A stretch of 56,356 bases of DNA, from positions 1-56,356 of the forward strand of contig JAWCNV010000013.1 of assembly GCA_038848185.1 (NCBI GenBank). Reading direction: 5' to 3'. Below, one piece after another: positions 28,565-38,784 of the stretch. Under the pieces are notes generated by a model. It was not told the DNA's origin. It saw only the letters and a list, made by a program, of their open reading frames with translations, and ran no database searches. This DNA is from Thermoproteota archaeon (GTDB lineage Archaea; Thermoproteota; EX4484-205; JAAOZP01). The translations under genes and the position numbers were made by a program. Positions within the stretch are counted from its first letter, which is position 1. Every line of letters begins with the position of its first letter.

Positions 28565-29779
28565 TTGAGTAATCTGAAAAACGTTAGAGAGCTTCTGAAC
28601 TACCATGGAGAGACAGGACGAGAAGTATACTTGGATTTAGAAAACTCCACCCCAGTCCCCAGCGAGGTTCTCGAAGAGATGCTACCCTACTTTTATTCCA
28701 AGGCTTACGGTAACCCTACACTCACCCATAAGCAGGGCTGGGAGGCTTATGAAACAATCATGGAGGCAGCTAGCTTCGTCGCGAGGCTTATAGGTGCCTC
28801 CTCACCTGAGGAACTGTGTTTCACAAGCGGCGAGGCTGAAGCTAATAATCTTGCCATCTTGGGCTCTGTTGCAGGCAGAAAAGGAAGGATTATTGTTTCA
28901 ACCATAGACCCCTTAACGATCCTGCTGCCGGTCGAGATGCTTGAGAAAAAGGGTTTTGAAGTGATTAGGATCCCAGTTGATCCAGAGGGCTTCATCAACC
29001 TAGATGAGTTTTCTAAGGCAGTAAGTAAGAATACGGTGTTGGTGAGTACGAGTATTGTTAACAACGAGATCGGTACGATACAGCCTTTTAAGGAGATTAT
29101 AGAAATAGCTAGAGATAAGAATCCTGATGTAGTTATTCACATGGATGCTTCAGACGCTTATGGCAGGATCGGGTTCAACGTTAAAGATATGGGTGTTGAT
29201 TTGCTAACTCTAAGCAGCTATAAGATAATGGGGCCCAGAGGGATTGCAGCATTATATGTTAGGAGCGGAGTTAGGGTTGAGAAGGTCATTGAGGGCCCAA
29301 TAGGAACTCAAGCCCTCTGGCCAGGTGTTGAAAACACTCCACTGATAGTTGGCTTTAAGAAGGCTTCTGAAGTTGCTTTCAAGAATTTCGACAACAATAT
29401 TAACCATATGAGGAGACTTAGAGACATGCTGATAAATGGGCTTCTGAGCATTGACAACACTATTCTAAATGGACCCAGAAGTGACAAGAGATCCCCTGAC
29501 AACGTTAACGTGAGCTTCCTCCATTGTGAGGGAGAATCTCTCACGATAGAACTCAGCTTCAAGGGGATTTATGTTTCAAGCGGAAGCGCTTGCACCAGGA
29601 GGATTCTTCAACCTAGCCACGTCTTGACAGCCATAGGGAGAGAGTACGAGGCGGCCCACGGAAGCATTCTCATGAAGGTTTCAAGATACCATACTGTTGA
29701 AGACATAGAGTATGTTCTAGAATCTTTTAAACCGGCCGTTGAAAGGATAAGAGGCATTAGCCCTACGAGGAGGATTTAG
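28565..29779 (+). CDS. iscS: IscS/NifS-like cysteine desulfurase family protein (divergent active site)
   Basis: YGNP, FTSG, NNEIGTIQ, SSYKIMGP, SSGSACT; directly upstream of iscU. Confidence 0.88.
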   Translation: MSNLKNVRELLNYHGETGREVYLDLENSTPVPSEVLEEMLPYFYSKAYGNPTLTHKQGWEAYETIMEAASFVARLIGASSPEELCFTSGEAEANNLAILGSVAGRKGRIIVSTIDPLTILLPVEMLEKKGFEVIRIPVDPEGFINLDEFSKAVSKNTVLVSTSIVNNEIGTIQPFKEIIEIARDKNPDVVIHMDASDAYGRIGFNVKDMGVDLLTLSSYKIMGPRGIAALYVRSGVRVEKVIEGPIGTQALWPGVENTPLIVGFKKASEVAFKNFDNNINHMRRLRDMLINGLLSIDNTILNGPRSDKRSPDNVNVSFLHCEGESLTIELSFKGIYVSSGSACTRRILQPSHVLTAIGREYEAAHGSILMKVSRYHTVEDIEYVLESFKPAVERIRGISPTRRI

Positions 29780-29781
29780 AG

Positions 29782-30288
29782 ATGTCTAGGTCACCCCTAC
29801 CATACAGCCGGAAGATACTTGAACTATTTAGGAACCCTAAGAATTTTGGAAGAATGGAGGATGCAACGGTTTCGGCAATGGCTGGAAGCCCAGCTTGCGG
29901 AGACATGATAGCGTTCTACCTTAAGATCGACGAGAACATGGTTATAACTAGTGCAAGCTTTGAAAGCTACGGGTGTGCTGCGAACATAGCCACTGCCAGC
30001 ATACTTACTGAAATGGTGAAAGGTAAAAGACTTGAGGAAGCTTGGAAGATAGGTTGGAAAGATGTTGCGGATGAGGTGGGAGGCTTGCCGTCAGTTAAGT
30101 TTCACTGCGGGGTTCTAGCGGTTGGTGCGTTGAGAAGAGCCATTAGAGAATTTTTCAAGGATAAAGAGAGGCCTGATTGGATACCTGAGAAAGATACTTT
30201 AGAGGAGAGACAGGCTTTGGAGGAAGAGGAGTTGGCCAAGATTATTTCCAAGAAACTTATGTTTGAGGAGGATTCTGACGCTAAATGA
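29782..30288 (+). CDS. iscU: Fe-S cluster scaffold IscU/NifU-N with acidic C-terminal extension
   Basis: YS...F.NPKN.G, GSPACGD, GCAANIA, KFHC. Confidence 0.93.
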   Translation: MSRSPLPYSRKILELFRNPKNFGRMEDATVSAMAGSPACGDMIAFYLKIDENMVITSASFESYGCAANIATASILTEMVKGKRLEEAWKIGWKDVADEVGGLPSVKFHCGVLAVGALRRAIREFFKDKERPDWIPEKDTLEERQALEEEELAKIISKKLMFEEDSDAK

Positions 30289-30554
30289 TTGAGGATTATG
30301 TAAGCAGGATAGAAGAGGCTTGTGGAGCATCTAAGACTAAGGATTACGTGGTAATACTGAAGCATGATAAAAGGGAAGACGCTTTGAAGAAGACTCTTGA
30401 AAAGGCAAAGGTCTTAGCGGAGGTTCAGGGAGTAGCTGTTAAGGCAAGTTTCATGGATAAAGAGTTCACCGTATTCATGAATGGAAGGTTGATGTTTAAG
30501 TCTCTTAAAGACAGGGAAGAGTTGAACACCATACTTGGAAAATTATTAGAATAA
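30285..30554 (+). CDS. Small hypothetical protein translationally coupled to iscU
   Basis: ATGA overlap with the iscU stop; GAGGA upstream; single Cys (EEACG); FTVFMNGRLMFK segment. Confidence 0.7.
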   Translation: MIEDYVSRIEEACGASKTKDYVVILKHDKREDALKKTLEKAKVLAEVQGVAVKASFMDKEFTVFMNGRLMFKSLKDREELNTILGKLLE

Positions 30555-30670
30555 ACATTATAAAACTCTGCAGCAAGATTCTTACCGCCTCGTCTAATTA
30601 GAGAAGGGAGACGGAGTGTTTTCATTCAGAATTTAGAAACATTTTTAAAGACCTTTTTAAGCAGAAATCA

Positions 30671-31528
30671 TTGTCCAACCGGAAATCGGAGCTAACGGGG
30701 TGCCTCTATATCGCGGTTGCAGCAGTCATCTGGGGATCTAACGGTGTGATCGTGAATCATGTTCCGCTAGACGCTTACAGTATAGCTTTCTTCAGAGTTT
30801 TATTCGCCAGCCTCGTTCTAACCCCCCTACTATTCCTGACTCAGAGGAACGAGATGCTGAGGACAGCTAAAGCTTGGAGAAGCATGTTTGCACTAGGAGC
30901 ATTCCTAAGCTTAGGTTGGGTCTTCCTCTTCCAGTCGATGCAGCTGATAGCTATCGCTAGCGCTGTTCTACTTAACTATATGGCCCCGGTTTTCGTAGCT
31001 TTACTAGCACCCCTATTCCTGAAAGAGAAGGTTGAGAAAACAACTGTGTTTGCACTAGTCCTGTGCATAGTAGGGATGCTCATAATCTCGTTTCCACATG
31101 GTCTTTCTGGAGACCTAAATCTTTCTGGCGTCTTATTTGGGCTACTCGCCGGTCTAGCATACGCTGGGTTCATTATTCTATCGAAGAAGACTGTTTCAAG
31201 CTACTCTGGTACTTCCGTAGCCCTCTATTCATATTTAGCTAGCACTGTCTTCCTGTCTCCTTCTCTTGTAAGCACTAATATATCCTTAGACTTTGTTTCA
31301 TGGCTACTTCTGCTCTTCCTCGGTGTTTTTAACACTGGGTTCGCTGTCACACTCTACTTGAACGGCCTCAGGAGTATAAAGGCTCAGAGAGCAGTGGTCT
31401 TCACTTACCTAGAGCCTGCGAGCGCCGCCTTCTTCGGCTTCCTGTTCCTAGCCCAGCAGCCGACTATTAACATGCTAACTGGCGGACTGCTCATTCTATT
31501 CGCAAGCTATCTCGCATCCTCAAAATAA
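30671..31528 (+). CDS. EamA/DMT family transporter
   Basis: 10 TMs, IWG, FFR, YMAPVFV, EK, YLEP motifs. Confidence 0.92.
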   Translation: MSNRKSELTGCLYIAVAAVIWGSNGVIVNHVPLDAYSIAFFRVLFASLVLTPLLFLTQRNEMLRTAKAWRSMFALGAFLSLGWVFLFQSMQLIAIASAVLLNYMAPVFVALLAPLFLKEKVEKTTVFALVLCIVGMLIISFPHGLSGDLNLSGVLFGLLAGLAYAGFIILSKKTVSSYSGTSVALYSYLASTVFLSPSLVSTNISLDFVSWLLLLFLGVFNTGFAVTLYLNGLRSIKAQRAVVFTYLEPASAAFFGFLFLAQQPTINMLTGGLLILFASYLASSK

Positions 31529-31574
31529 ACCATATATTTGCGAATCCTACATGTTTTGAAAAAATGTTTAGGCA

Positions 31575-32705
31575 TTACCTTCCTCTCAACCCTCTCAAAT
31601 ATATTTCTCTGACATCTTCAGGAGTTAAGGGAGATGGATGCTTATCCAAGTTCCTGCTGTAAGAGAACACGTCTGCAGCCATTATATCCAGCTCTGAGGC
31701 TTTAACACCTAGTTCCATAAGGCTTCTCGGAATACCTGTTTTATCTGCAATAGTTTCAACCTTTTCAACAAGGCTTCTTCCGTTTTCTAAACCCAGTCTT
31801 ACAGCAGCATCCTCAAGTTTCCCACAGTTCTTCTCAAGCTCAAACCGTAGAACATATGGTAATAAAACTCCATTGGCGAGCCCATGATGAACATCATGGT
31901 AGTTGGTAAGGTAGTAGCCCATGGCGTGAACCGCAACGGTTCCAGCACAGTTTATCGCTATTCCTGCAAGCATGCTTGCGTAAAGCATATTCTCCCTAGC
32001 CTCAGGCGAGCCCTCCGCAGCTTCAATAATCCTCTGAAGTATTATGTGCATGGATTCTAAAGCGAAAACATCTGAGAAGGGAGTGGATTCTTTTGAGAGA
32101 TATGCTTCAACAGCATGGGAGAGCGCGTCGAAACCAGTGTAAGCAGTAAGCTCCTTTGGAAGATTGTTAAGCAGGTCCGCGTCAATCAATGCGACACTAG
32201 GTATAAGCGGGTTTCCGAGGAGGACCTCCTTCCTCCTCTTCTGGAGGCTTGTTATGACTGCATACTTAGTAACCTCGCTTCCAGTACCGCATGTCGTTGG
32301 AATAGCTATTACTGGTAGTGCTTCCGCAACCTCCTTCGGAGCAAAATTGTCTTCAAGCCTAGCACTGCTCTTCAAGATGAAAGCCATGCCTTTCGCAGCG
32401 TCCATCGCGCTTCCGCCTCCGAGTGCCACTATAAGATTACAGTTTTTTCTCCTACCTTCCTCAGCCCCCTTATAAACAGTCTCTATAGAGGGATTGGGTT
32501 CAACTTGGTCAAAAACAAATATCTTTAAACCTGCCTCCTCAAGGCTTTTGACGATAGCATTCAAATACCCGCTTCTCCTTGCAAAACCTCTTCCAGTTAC
32601 GAGTAGACATTTGTCTCCAAGCCTACTGGCTTCAACACCTACCTTGTTCAAGCTTCCCCTGCCGAAAACCAGCTTAGTCGGCAGACGGAACGTAAATTGC
32701 TTCAT
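31575..32705 (-). CDS. Iron-containing alcohol dehydrogenase
   Basis: GGGSAMDAAK, PTTCGTGSEVT, DALSHAVE, VHAMG...HHG. Confidence 0.94.
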   Translation of the reverse strand: MKQFTFRLPTKLVFGRGSLNKVGVEASRLGDKCLLVTGRGFARRSGYLNAIVKSLEEAGLKIFVFDQVEPNPSIETVYKGAEEGRRKNCNLIVALGGGSAMDAAKGMAFILKSSARLEDNFAPKEVAEALPVIAIPTTCGTGSEVTKYAVITSLQKRRKEVLLGNPLIPSVALIDADLLNNLPKELTAYTGFDALSHAVEAYLSKESTPFSDVFALESMHIILQRIIEAAEGSPEARENMLYASMLAGIAINCAGTVAVHAMGYYLTNYHDVHHGLANGVLLPYVLRFELEKNCGKLEDAAVRLGLENGRSLVEKVETIADKTGIPRSLMELGVKASELDIMAADVFSYSRNLDKHPSPLTPEDVREIYLRGLRGR

Positions 32706-32815
32706 GAGAAAAACAATCAGACTGTCGAATACTTATCTTTTTCCCCTCGTAAACCTTGATCCATGCATAATCCAAGCTTAATCATAGACCAGCTTCCTTA
32801 AAGCTTATTAGAAAA

Positions 32816-34042
32816 GTGCTTGAAAATAGTCTGATGAAAACGTTCCGTCTACTGGTCTCTCTTGAGGAGGCGCTTCAAAGAGTCTACAGCAGGATAAGTC
32901 AAGTTGAAAGATTTGAGGAAGTGGATCTGGATGACGCTGCCGGAAGAGTTTCGGCGGAGAACGTTAAAGCACCTTTCGACGTTCCTTCCTTCGACAGGTC
33001 TGCAATGGATGGGTACTGTATCAGGGCTGAGGATGTTTACGGTGCAAGCCAGTTTAAACCCATTAGGCTCCGGATTACTGACATCATAGGGGTTGACGAG
33101 GAGCCTAGGAAGCCTCTGAGGAGAGGAGAGTGTATCCAAGTGGCTACAGGAAGCATTATTCCTGAAGGGGGTGACGCAGTAGTAATGTATGAACATACAG
33201 AGAGGGATGGTGACGAGGTTCTGGTTTACAGGCCTGTCTATCCGGGGGAGAATATTTCTAAAAAAGGTTCAGATATTCCTGCGGGGAAGGAAATTATTAA
33301 GAGCGGAGACTACTTGAACGCTTCTAAAATAGGTGTTCTAGCGGCGCTTGGAATATCTAGGATCAAGATTTACGAGAAGCCTAGTGTTCTGATAATACCA
33401 ACTGGAAGCGAGCTGGCTAGAGTTGGGGAAAACAGGTCCGCCACGCAGATATATGACATAAACTCACACACCCTTGCAGCAGTAATCAGGGAGAATGGGG
33501 GAATACCTGTTTTACATGACATTGTTCCGGACGATGAAGAGAAGATTGGGAAGGCTTTGGAGAAAGGCTTTGAAAAAGACCTAATCATAATAACAGGCGG
33601 GAGCTCTGTTGGAACAAAGGACGTTATCTATGATTTACTCAGCAAGAGGGGGGAAGTGCTTTTTCACGGTGTGCAGGTTAAGCCCGGGAAACCCACTGTG
33701 GGTGCAGTATTCGAGGGCAAGGTTGTGCTGGCGATGCCTGGGCACCCTACTTCATGCTTGAGCAACGCCTACCTGTTCCTAAGGCCTGTTTTGAGAAGAA
33801 TAGCGAGGCTGCCTGAAACAAGCCTGAGGACGGTTAAGGCTAGACTCAGCAAAAGAGTTGTTTCAACATTGGGAAGAAGGTTCTTTCTAACAGTTAGGCT
33901 GAGAAACGGGGAGGCCGAACCTGCCTTCAAAGAGTCTTCGGCAATAACAAGCATGGCTGAGGCAGATGGGTATATTGTAATACCTGAGAACGCTGACACT
34001 GTTGAAAAAGGAGACTGGGTAGAGGTTTATCTGTTTGAATAG
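32816..34042 (+). CDS. moeA: Molybdopterin molybdenumtransferase MoeA
   Basis: PSFDRSAMDGY, TGS, TGSEL, DINS, GGSSVG, KPGKP, MPGHP. Confidence 0.95.
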   Translation: MLENSLMKTFRLLVSLEEALQRVYSRISQVERFEEVDLDDAAGRVSAENVKAPFDVPSFDRSAMDGYCIRAEDVYGASQFKPIRLRITDIIGVDEEPRKPLRRGECIQVATGSIIPEGGDAVVMYEHTERDGDEVLVYRPVYPGENISKKGSDIPAGKEIIKSGDYLNASKIGVLAALGISRIKIYEKPSVLIIPTGSELARVGENRSATQIYDINSHTLAAVIRENGGIPVLHDIVPDDEEKIGKALEKGFEKDLIIITGGSSVGTKDVIYDLLSKRGEVLFHGVQVKPGKPTVGAVFEGKVVLAMPGHPTSCLSNAYLFLRPVLRRIARLPETSLRTVKARLSKRVVSTLGRRFFLTVRLRNGEAEPAFKESSAITSMAEADGYIVIPENADTVEKGDWVEVYLFE

Positions 34043-34100
34043 GAGCCTTTTAAAGCGATCAGGCGTCAGGTTTATATTCTCAACGGTTTTAAGAAACTAA

Positions 34101-35423
34101 ATGATTAGGAAAAGAGAAGCAGAGATACTCTTCACCACAGTGATCCTCATTCTTACTGTGGTAGCACCTATATGGGTTAAGGCTCAGGAGGAGATAAAGA
34201 TTAACTGGGTTGTCGAGAACAATCCAAGCCTCTTTTTCGACGTGCCGTTCTCTACCTGTGAGAAAGACTCTCATGTTTATGTGGTCGGCTTCGACTATTC
34301 TACGGAAATCGGTATTCTTCAGCTACGTATTGAGAAGAGGTTTAAAACCGATGGCTCACTAGTCAAGAATTGGACGTATAAGTCTTCAGATTACGGAGGC
34401 CTGCTATACGACTGCACAGTTGTCGGGGAAAAACTCTATGCGGTCGGCACGTCATACTCGCTCATCGACAGCAACTGGATACTTGTAGTTCTCGATCTCG
34501 ATTTGAATCTGCTTAACTATGTTAATTTAACAGAGATATCTGGAGCAGCCACTTCAGTCATCTCAGACCAGGATTTCCTCTACGTTGCTGGTGTGGCTAC
34601 AAATGAGACCAACTGGGGGATATGTGTTGAAAAGATTAGGCTTAGCGACCTAAGCGTGGTTAAGGAGTATGTTTCTAACCTGCTGGAGTTTCAGGAGGCA
34701 TACAGTATTGAGATAAACCCGGTGAGCAACCAGATATGGATTGTTGGCAACACTAACTCTGAAAAGTGGAGGATTGAAATACTGGATAAGGATCTTGCGC
34801 AGATCAAAAGTATAGAGACAGAGATAGGGGCCTCAGCCATCTCAATAGGCTTCGATGAGGAAGGCTACTCCTATGTGGCTGGTGAAGGAGGCATTATTAA
34901 GCTCAGTAAAGATGGTGAAGAGATTAAAACATACGCTCAGCCAGCAGTTTTTGCGAAAACACGGTTTTTAAACAATCGTCTTTACGTAGCTGGTGGAGAA
35001 AACATTGAAAACTATGCTAGACAGGTCTTATATGTTTTCGACCAAGAGCTCAACTTGCTTAACAAGACTATTGTAAGCAGAGGAATAGATGCTGACGCGA
35101 TATTCCTAACAGGTAGAATGACTTCTGACGAGGATAACCTGTATATTTCAGGTCTTGCCTATGTTGGTTACAACGATTACGAGTGGGTTGTCTGTTCAAT
35201 CAAGGTAGGTGGTGCCCCCTGGTACTTGAAAAACTGGCATCTGATAGCAATACCGGTGACCGTGACAATCATTATCCTAATAACATACTTTGTTTTTAGA
35301 ATGAGGAAAGCTAAGCTGCAACAACCACCTGAGGAGGCACAACCATCAACTGTTGAAAGCAGCCAGCCTTCCTCCGAAACTGTTCAGCCTTCCGAGAATC
35401 GGGATAAGAGCACTATAGACTAG
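34101..35423 (+). CDS. Secreted beta-propeller-like protein with C-terminal TM anchor
   Basis: Signal-like N terminus, repeated (L/V)Y(V/A)(A/V)G blades, C-terminal TM, RMRK and Q/P/S-rich tail. Confidence 0.75.
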   Translation: MIRKREAEILFTTVILILTVVAPIWVKAQEEIKINWVVENNPSLFFDVPFSTCEKDSHVYVVGFDYSTEIGILQLRIEKRFKTDGSLVKNWTYKSSDYGGLLYDCTVVGEKLYAVGTSYSLIDSNWILVVLDLDLNLLNYVNLTEISGAATSVISDQDFLYVAGVATNETNWGICVEKIRLSDLSVVKEYVSNLLEFQEAYSIEINPVSNQIWIVGNTNSEKWRIEILDKDLAQIKSIETEIGASAISIGFDEEGYSYVAGEGGIIKLSKDGEEIKTYAQPAVFAKTRFLNNRLYVAGGENIENYARQVLYVFDQELNLLNKTIVSRGIDADAIFLTGRMTSDEDNLYISGLAYVGYNDYEWVVCSIKVGGAPWYLKNWHLIAIPVTVTIIILITYFVFRMRKAKLQQPPEEAQPSTVESSQPSSETVQPSENRDKSTID

Positions 35424-36418
35424 GTTTCAACAAGGAGTTCTCCGCCTTCTTCGGCAGACTTTCGAGCAGAGAGAACCAAATTCAGGCTTCTAGCACCCTC
35501 TTCTATCGGAACCCTAGTAGGCACATCACTCTTCACAGAGTTCAGCAAGTCTAGGGTTATTGCTTCCTGAAGGTTTTTCTCAGACGAGACTGTTAAAACT
35601 TCACCCCAACGCCCGTCTGTCTTTGTGAAGACAGCATTATTAGCATCAGTGAAATGCGCTGTAATACGGTTGGCAACAATGTCGAACTCGTGTAGCCAAC
35701 GTTTCGGTATCGCGAAGTTAGATGCTGAGATTGACCCAAGACCTCCGTCCTTAAACTTTATTATGGTAGTACTGACATCCTCAGAAGTATAGCCTTCAAC
35801 TTCTCTATGGAAGAGATTATCCATCCTGCAGTAGATGCTTCGAGGCTCGCCAACTATGAATCTTGAAAGATCATAGAGATGAATTATCTGCTCCACTACT
35901 TGGCCTCCACTTTTAGATTTGTCTCTCCACCAAGGAGCGTGAAGAGAATTACAGTAGTATTTTGCGAGAAAAAGACCTATCTGGCCAGCCTCCCCTTTTT
36001 CTACCATGCTTTTAAAAAACTCTACAGCAGCCCCAAACCTAAGCTGGAACCCGACTTGAGTTTTTATACCGTGCCTCCTGGCTGCGGCAACCATGCTTCC
36101 CGCTTTCTCCATGCTTAAAGCGATAGGCTTCTCGATAAACACGTGAACCCCTTTTTCGGCAGCAAGCTCAACCTCATTAGAATGGGCAAACGGCGGCAAG
36201 CATATGTAGACAATGTCTAGACCCTCCCTTTCAATCATCCTGGAGAAATCGTTGTACACGTTTGCATTTCCCCCAGCATATTTCAAGTTAAACTCTTTAG
36301 CTCTATCCTCAACAATGTCGCAGAAGGAAGCTAGCTGAACCTCCCTGATTCCAGAGAGAACCTGCATATGTACGTTTGCTATTCCTCCACATCCTATTAA
36401 GCCGATTTTAAAGACCAT
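35420..36418 (-). CDS. Gfo/Idh/MocA family oxidoreductase
   Basis: IGLIGCGGIA, EKP, GFQLRF, SGGQVVEQIIH. Confidence 0.93.
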   Translation of the reverse strand: MVFKIGLIGCGGIANVHMQVLSGIREVQLASFCDIVEDRAKEFNLKYAGGNANVYNDFSRMIEREGLDIVYICLPPFAHSNEVELAAEKGVHVFIEKPIALSMEKAGSMVAAARRHGIKTQVGFQLRFGAAVEFFKSMVEKGEAGQIGLFLAKYYCNSLHAPWWRDKSKSGGQVVEQIIHLYDLSRFIVGEPRSIYCRMDNLFHREVEGYTSEDVSTTIIKFKDGGLGSISASNFAIPKRWLHEFDIVANRITAHFTDANNAVFTKTDGRWGEVLTVSSEKNLQEAITLDLLNSVKSDVPTRVPIEEGARSLNLVLSARKSAEEGGELLVET

Positions 36419-36485
36419 GGTTCAATAAGCTTTAGACAGACGTATAAACCTAACTCCAAACCATAGCTGTACGAGTATGGCTGTT

Positions 36486-37532
36486 TCACTTATACCAGTC
36501 TAGGCTGTTCTCTATATAGGCGATCAGCGAATTAAAGAATCCTTTAACCTCTCCAAGCATGCTTGTCATAGCGATCAGGCTCTTAGCCTCCTCAGCATGT
36601 TTCCTCAAATCTCTCTTAGCATTATCTAATCCCCCAGTGCGTCTAACTAGGTTTCTCACCGACTCAACCTCTTCCTTATCGAGGCTTTTTCTGCCACGGA
36701 GGCTCTTCAACATTCTTGACGCCTCCGGATCCAGTGATTTCAAAGTGTAGACTATGTGAAGAGGCTTCTTACCCAGTTTTAAGTCTCCGCAGGGAGGCCT
36801 ACCATACTGCTCCTCGGAGGCGAAAGTATCTATTATATCATCTTGAATGTCGAAAGCATAGCCTATGTTTAAAGCAGCATTCCCCAGGAGCCTCAAATCC
36901 TCCTCCGGAGCATCAGCAAGGAGCCCTCCCATAACCATAGTAACCTTGAAGAGTGAAGCCGCCCTCTTGGAAGCCATGGTCCGCCACTCCTCTACATCCA
37001 CATTCTCGTATTCGAAAAGCAGGTCAAGCACTTGGCTCTCGTTAACCTCCCTATAGCCTTGTGAAAGTAGAGATACTGCCTCAGCCACCTTCTCCGGAGG
37101 GAAACCGGAGCCCATTATTGTTTGGACTGCCAAAGAGTAAGCTATGTTTCCCAAGAATACTGCCACCCCCTCTCCAAGTCGTTCATCATGCTTATCTGAG
37201 AAAAGCCTGTGAATAGTTTTACCTCCTCGCCTTGTCTCCTCCATGTCAACAAGATCGTCGTGGACCAGAATACTCTGCCGATAGAGTTCGATACCTGCAC
37301 TTGCTTTAAGAATCCTCTCGTCCACAACACCGGCATAACCCCTATATGTAAGAAGTGTGCTGCATGAAGCTAGCCTCTTACCCCTCCTAAATGCGAATTC
37401 TCTCAGACTAGTGTAAACATCCCCTATGAAAGAGTGGTATCTCGCAGCCTCCTTAATTACTTCTAAGAAGATTTTTTCAAGCCTCTCCTCAACCAGCAAA
37501 CCGTATTCTTCAAGAGTCCTTTCCCAATCCAT
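36486..37532 (-). CDS. trans-Polyprenyl diphosphate synthase
   Basis: GKRL, FARM HDDLVD..RRG, Q.LD, SARM QDDIID, GDL..GK. Confidence 0.93.
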   Translation of the reverse strand: MDWERTLEEYGLLVEERLEKIFLEVIKEAARYHSFIGDVYTSLREFAFRRGKRLASCSTLLTYRGYAGVVDERILKASAGIELYRQSILVHDDLVDMEETRRGGKTIHRLFSDKHDERLGEGVAVFLGNIAYSLAVQTIMGSGFPPEKVAEAVSLLSQGYREVNESQVLDLLFEYENVDVEEWRTMASKRAASLFKVTMVMGGLLADAPEEDLRLLGNAALNIGYAFDIQDDIIDTFASEEQYGRPPCGDLKLGKKPLHIVYTLKSLDPEASRMLKSLRGRKSLDKEEVESVRNLVRRTGGLDNAKRDLRKHAEEAKSLIAMTSMLGEVKGFFNSLIAYIENSLDWYK

Positions 37533-37652
37533 CTCAAAGCTAAAAGAGTTGCATACTCATAAACCTTCGCTTAAAGCTATATTTAATCCTCTAATGTAAA
37601 TAAATGTGCAGAAAATCATATAAGTATGAGGTGCGCGACGTTTTTCATCAGA

Positions 37653-38639
37653 ATGGTTAAAAACACTCAACGAGAAGAACTTGTTAAAACCGGGATTCTC
37701 AGGATTCTTAGCGAAAGCAACGGTCCGGTCGGATCCACAACCATAACTAGGGAACTCGTTAAAAGAGGATTTTTTATAAATGAAAGGACCGTGAGAAACT
37801 ACTTGAAGTCTCTCGAGGAAAAAGGATTTGTTTCAAGCCATGGTAAAAACGGGCGGTCAATAACTGAAGCAGGCCTCCAAGACCTAGTCGGTTCCCTAAC
37901 ATACCAACGGCTAGATTTTGTTCTAACACGCTATCTTTCGCTCGCATATTCTGTTACCTTCACACCTAGATCGAGCAGAGGTAGAATTGTCGCAAACGTG
38001 ACTATTCTGAACAAAAACAGCCTAGAGAAGGCGCTCAGGGTTTTAGGCAATCTTAAAGACGCCAATCTTCTTCTTGCACCTTACCTTAAAATCATAGATG
38101 AAGAAGAGTCTTACGAGAACATTTCTGTTGATAAGGGTAAAACTGTTCTACTTACAGTATGCAACCTTACTATCGACGGCATCTTCATAAGGTCAGGAAT
38201 ACCTATAATACTGAAATATGGTGGAATACTGCAGTTTGTGAATAAGATGCCCATTCGGTTCGTTGAATTAATGTCCTATGAGGGGACTACGGTTCCTCCC
38301 CTCGAAGTATTCACCTACAGCAACATGACCTCTATAACAAGCTTTTTGAAAACAGGCTCAGGGATGATCCCTGCGAATTATAGGGAAATACCTAAAGAAG
38401 CACTGGACAAGGTTAATTCAACGCTTTCAGAGCTTTCATCAATAGGCTGGAAAACTCTTTCGATAATTGGGCTTCCAGAGGAACCCTTGCTTGGGATACC
38501 CGTCGGCACAGGAAGATGCGGAGTCACGATAGTAAGCGGGGTGACGCCTACAGCAGCCCTAAGAGAAATAGGCTTGGATGTAGAGGTTTTCGCACCTCAC
38601 TGCCTAGCCAAGATAGAGGATATGAAGCTAATGGAATAG
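37653..38639 (+). CDS. nrpR: NrpR-type nitrogen regulator (wHTH plus single NrpR regulatory domain)
   Basis: GS..I.REL..RG..INERTVRNYL..L wHTH; TVCNLTIDG..I.SGIP, RFVELMSYEGTTVPPLEVF, GSG.IPANYREIP; lies upstream of glnA. Start could also be 37626. Confidence 0.88.
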   Translation: MVKNTQREELVKTGILRILSESNGPVGSTTITRELVKRGFFINERTVRNYLKSLEEKGFVSSHGKNGRSITEAGLQDLVGSLTYQRLDFVLTRYLSLAYSVTFTPRSSRGRIVANVTILNKNSLEKALRVLGNLKDANLLLAPYLKIIDEEESYENISVDKGKTVLLTVCNLTIDGIFIRSGIPIILKYGGILQFVNKMPIRFVELMSYEGTTVPPLEVFTYSNMTSITSFLKTGSGMIPANYREIPKEALDKVNSTLSELSSIGWKTLSIIGLPEEPLLGIPVGTGRCGVTIVSGVTPTAALREIGLDVEVFAPHCLAKIEDMKLME

Positions 38640-38751
38640 ACAGGGTCACCTTAGAATTCTTTCTCCTTCCTTAACTAATGTCTAATTTTTAAGTCAAAAA
38701 TTGTTTATTTGTCTTAATTGGGCTAATATTTACTGCATAATGTTAATAAAG

Positions 38752-38759
38752 TTTATATA
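38752..38759 (+). promoter_or_regulatory. TATA box of glnA (likely leaderless transcript)
   Basis: TTTATATA ending 26 nt before ATG 38785. Confidence 0.65.
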
Positions 38760-38784
38760 TGGGTCTGTACAGCTCTATGCCGAA

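Noticed and set aside
38701-38784. 28-aa N-terminal extension of GlnA in the ORF track
   Set aside because: It runs through the AT-rich promoter including the TATA box; ATG 38785 fits GS homology
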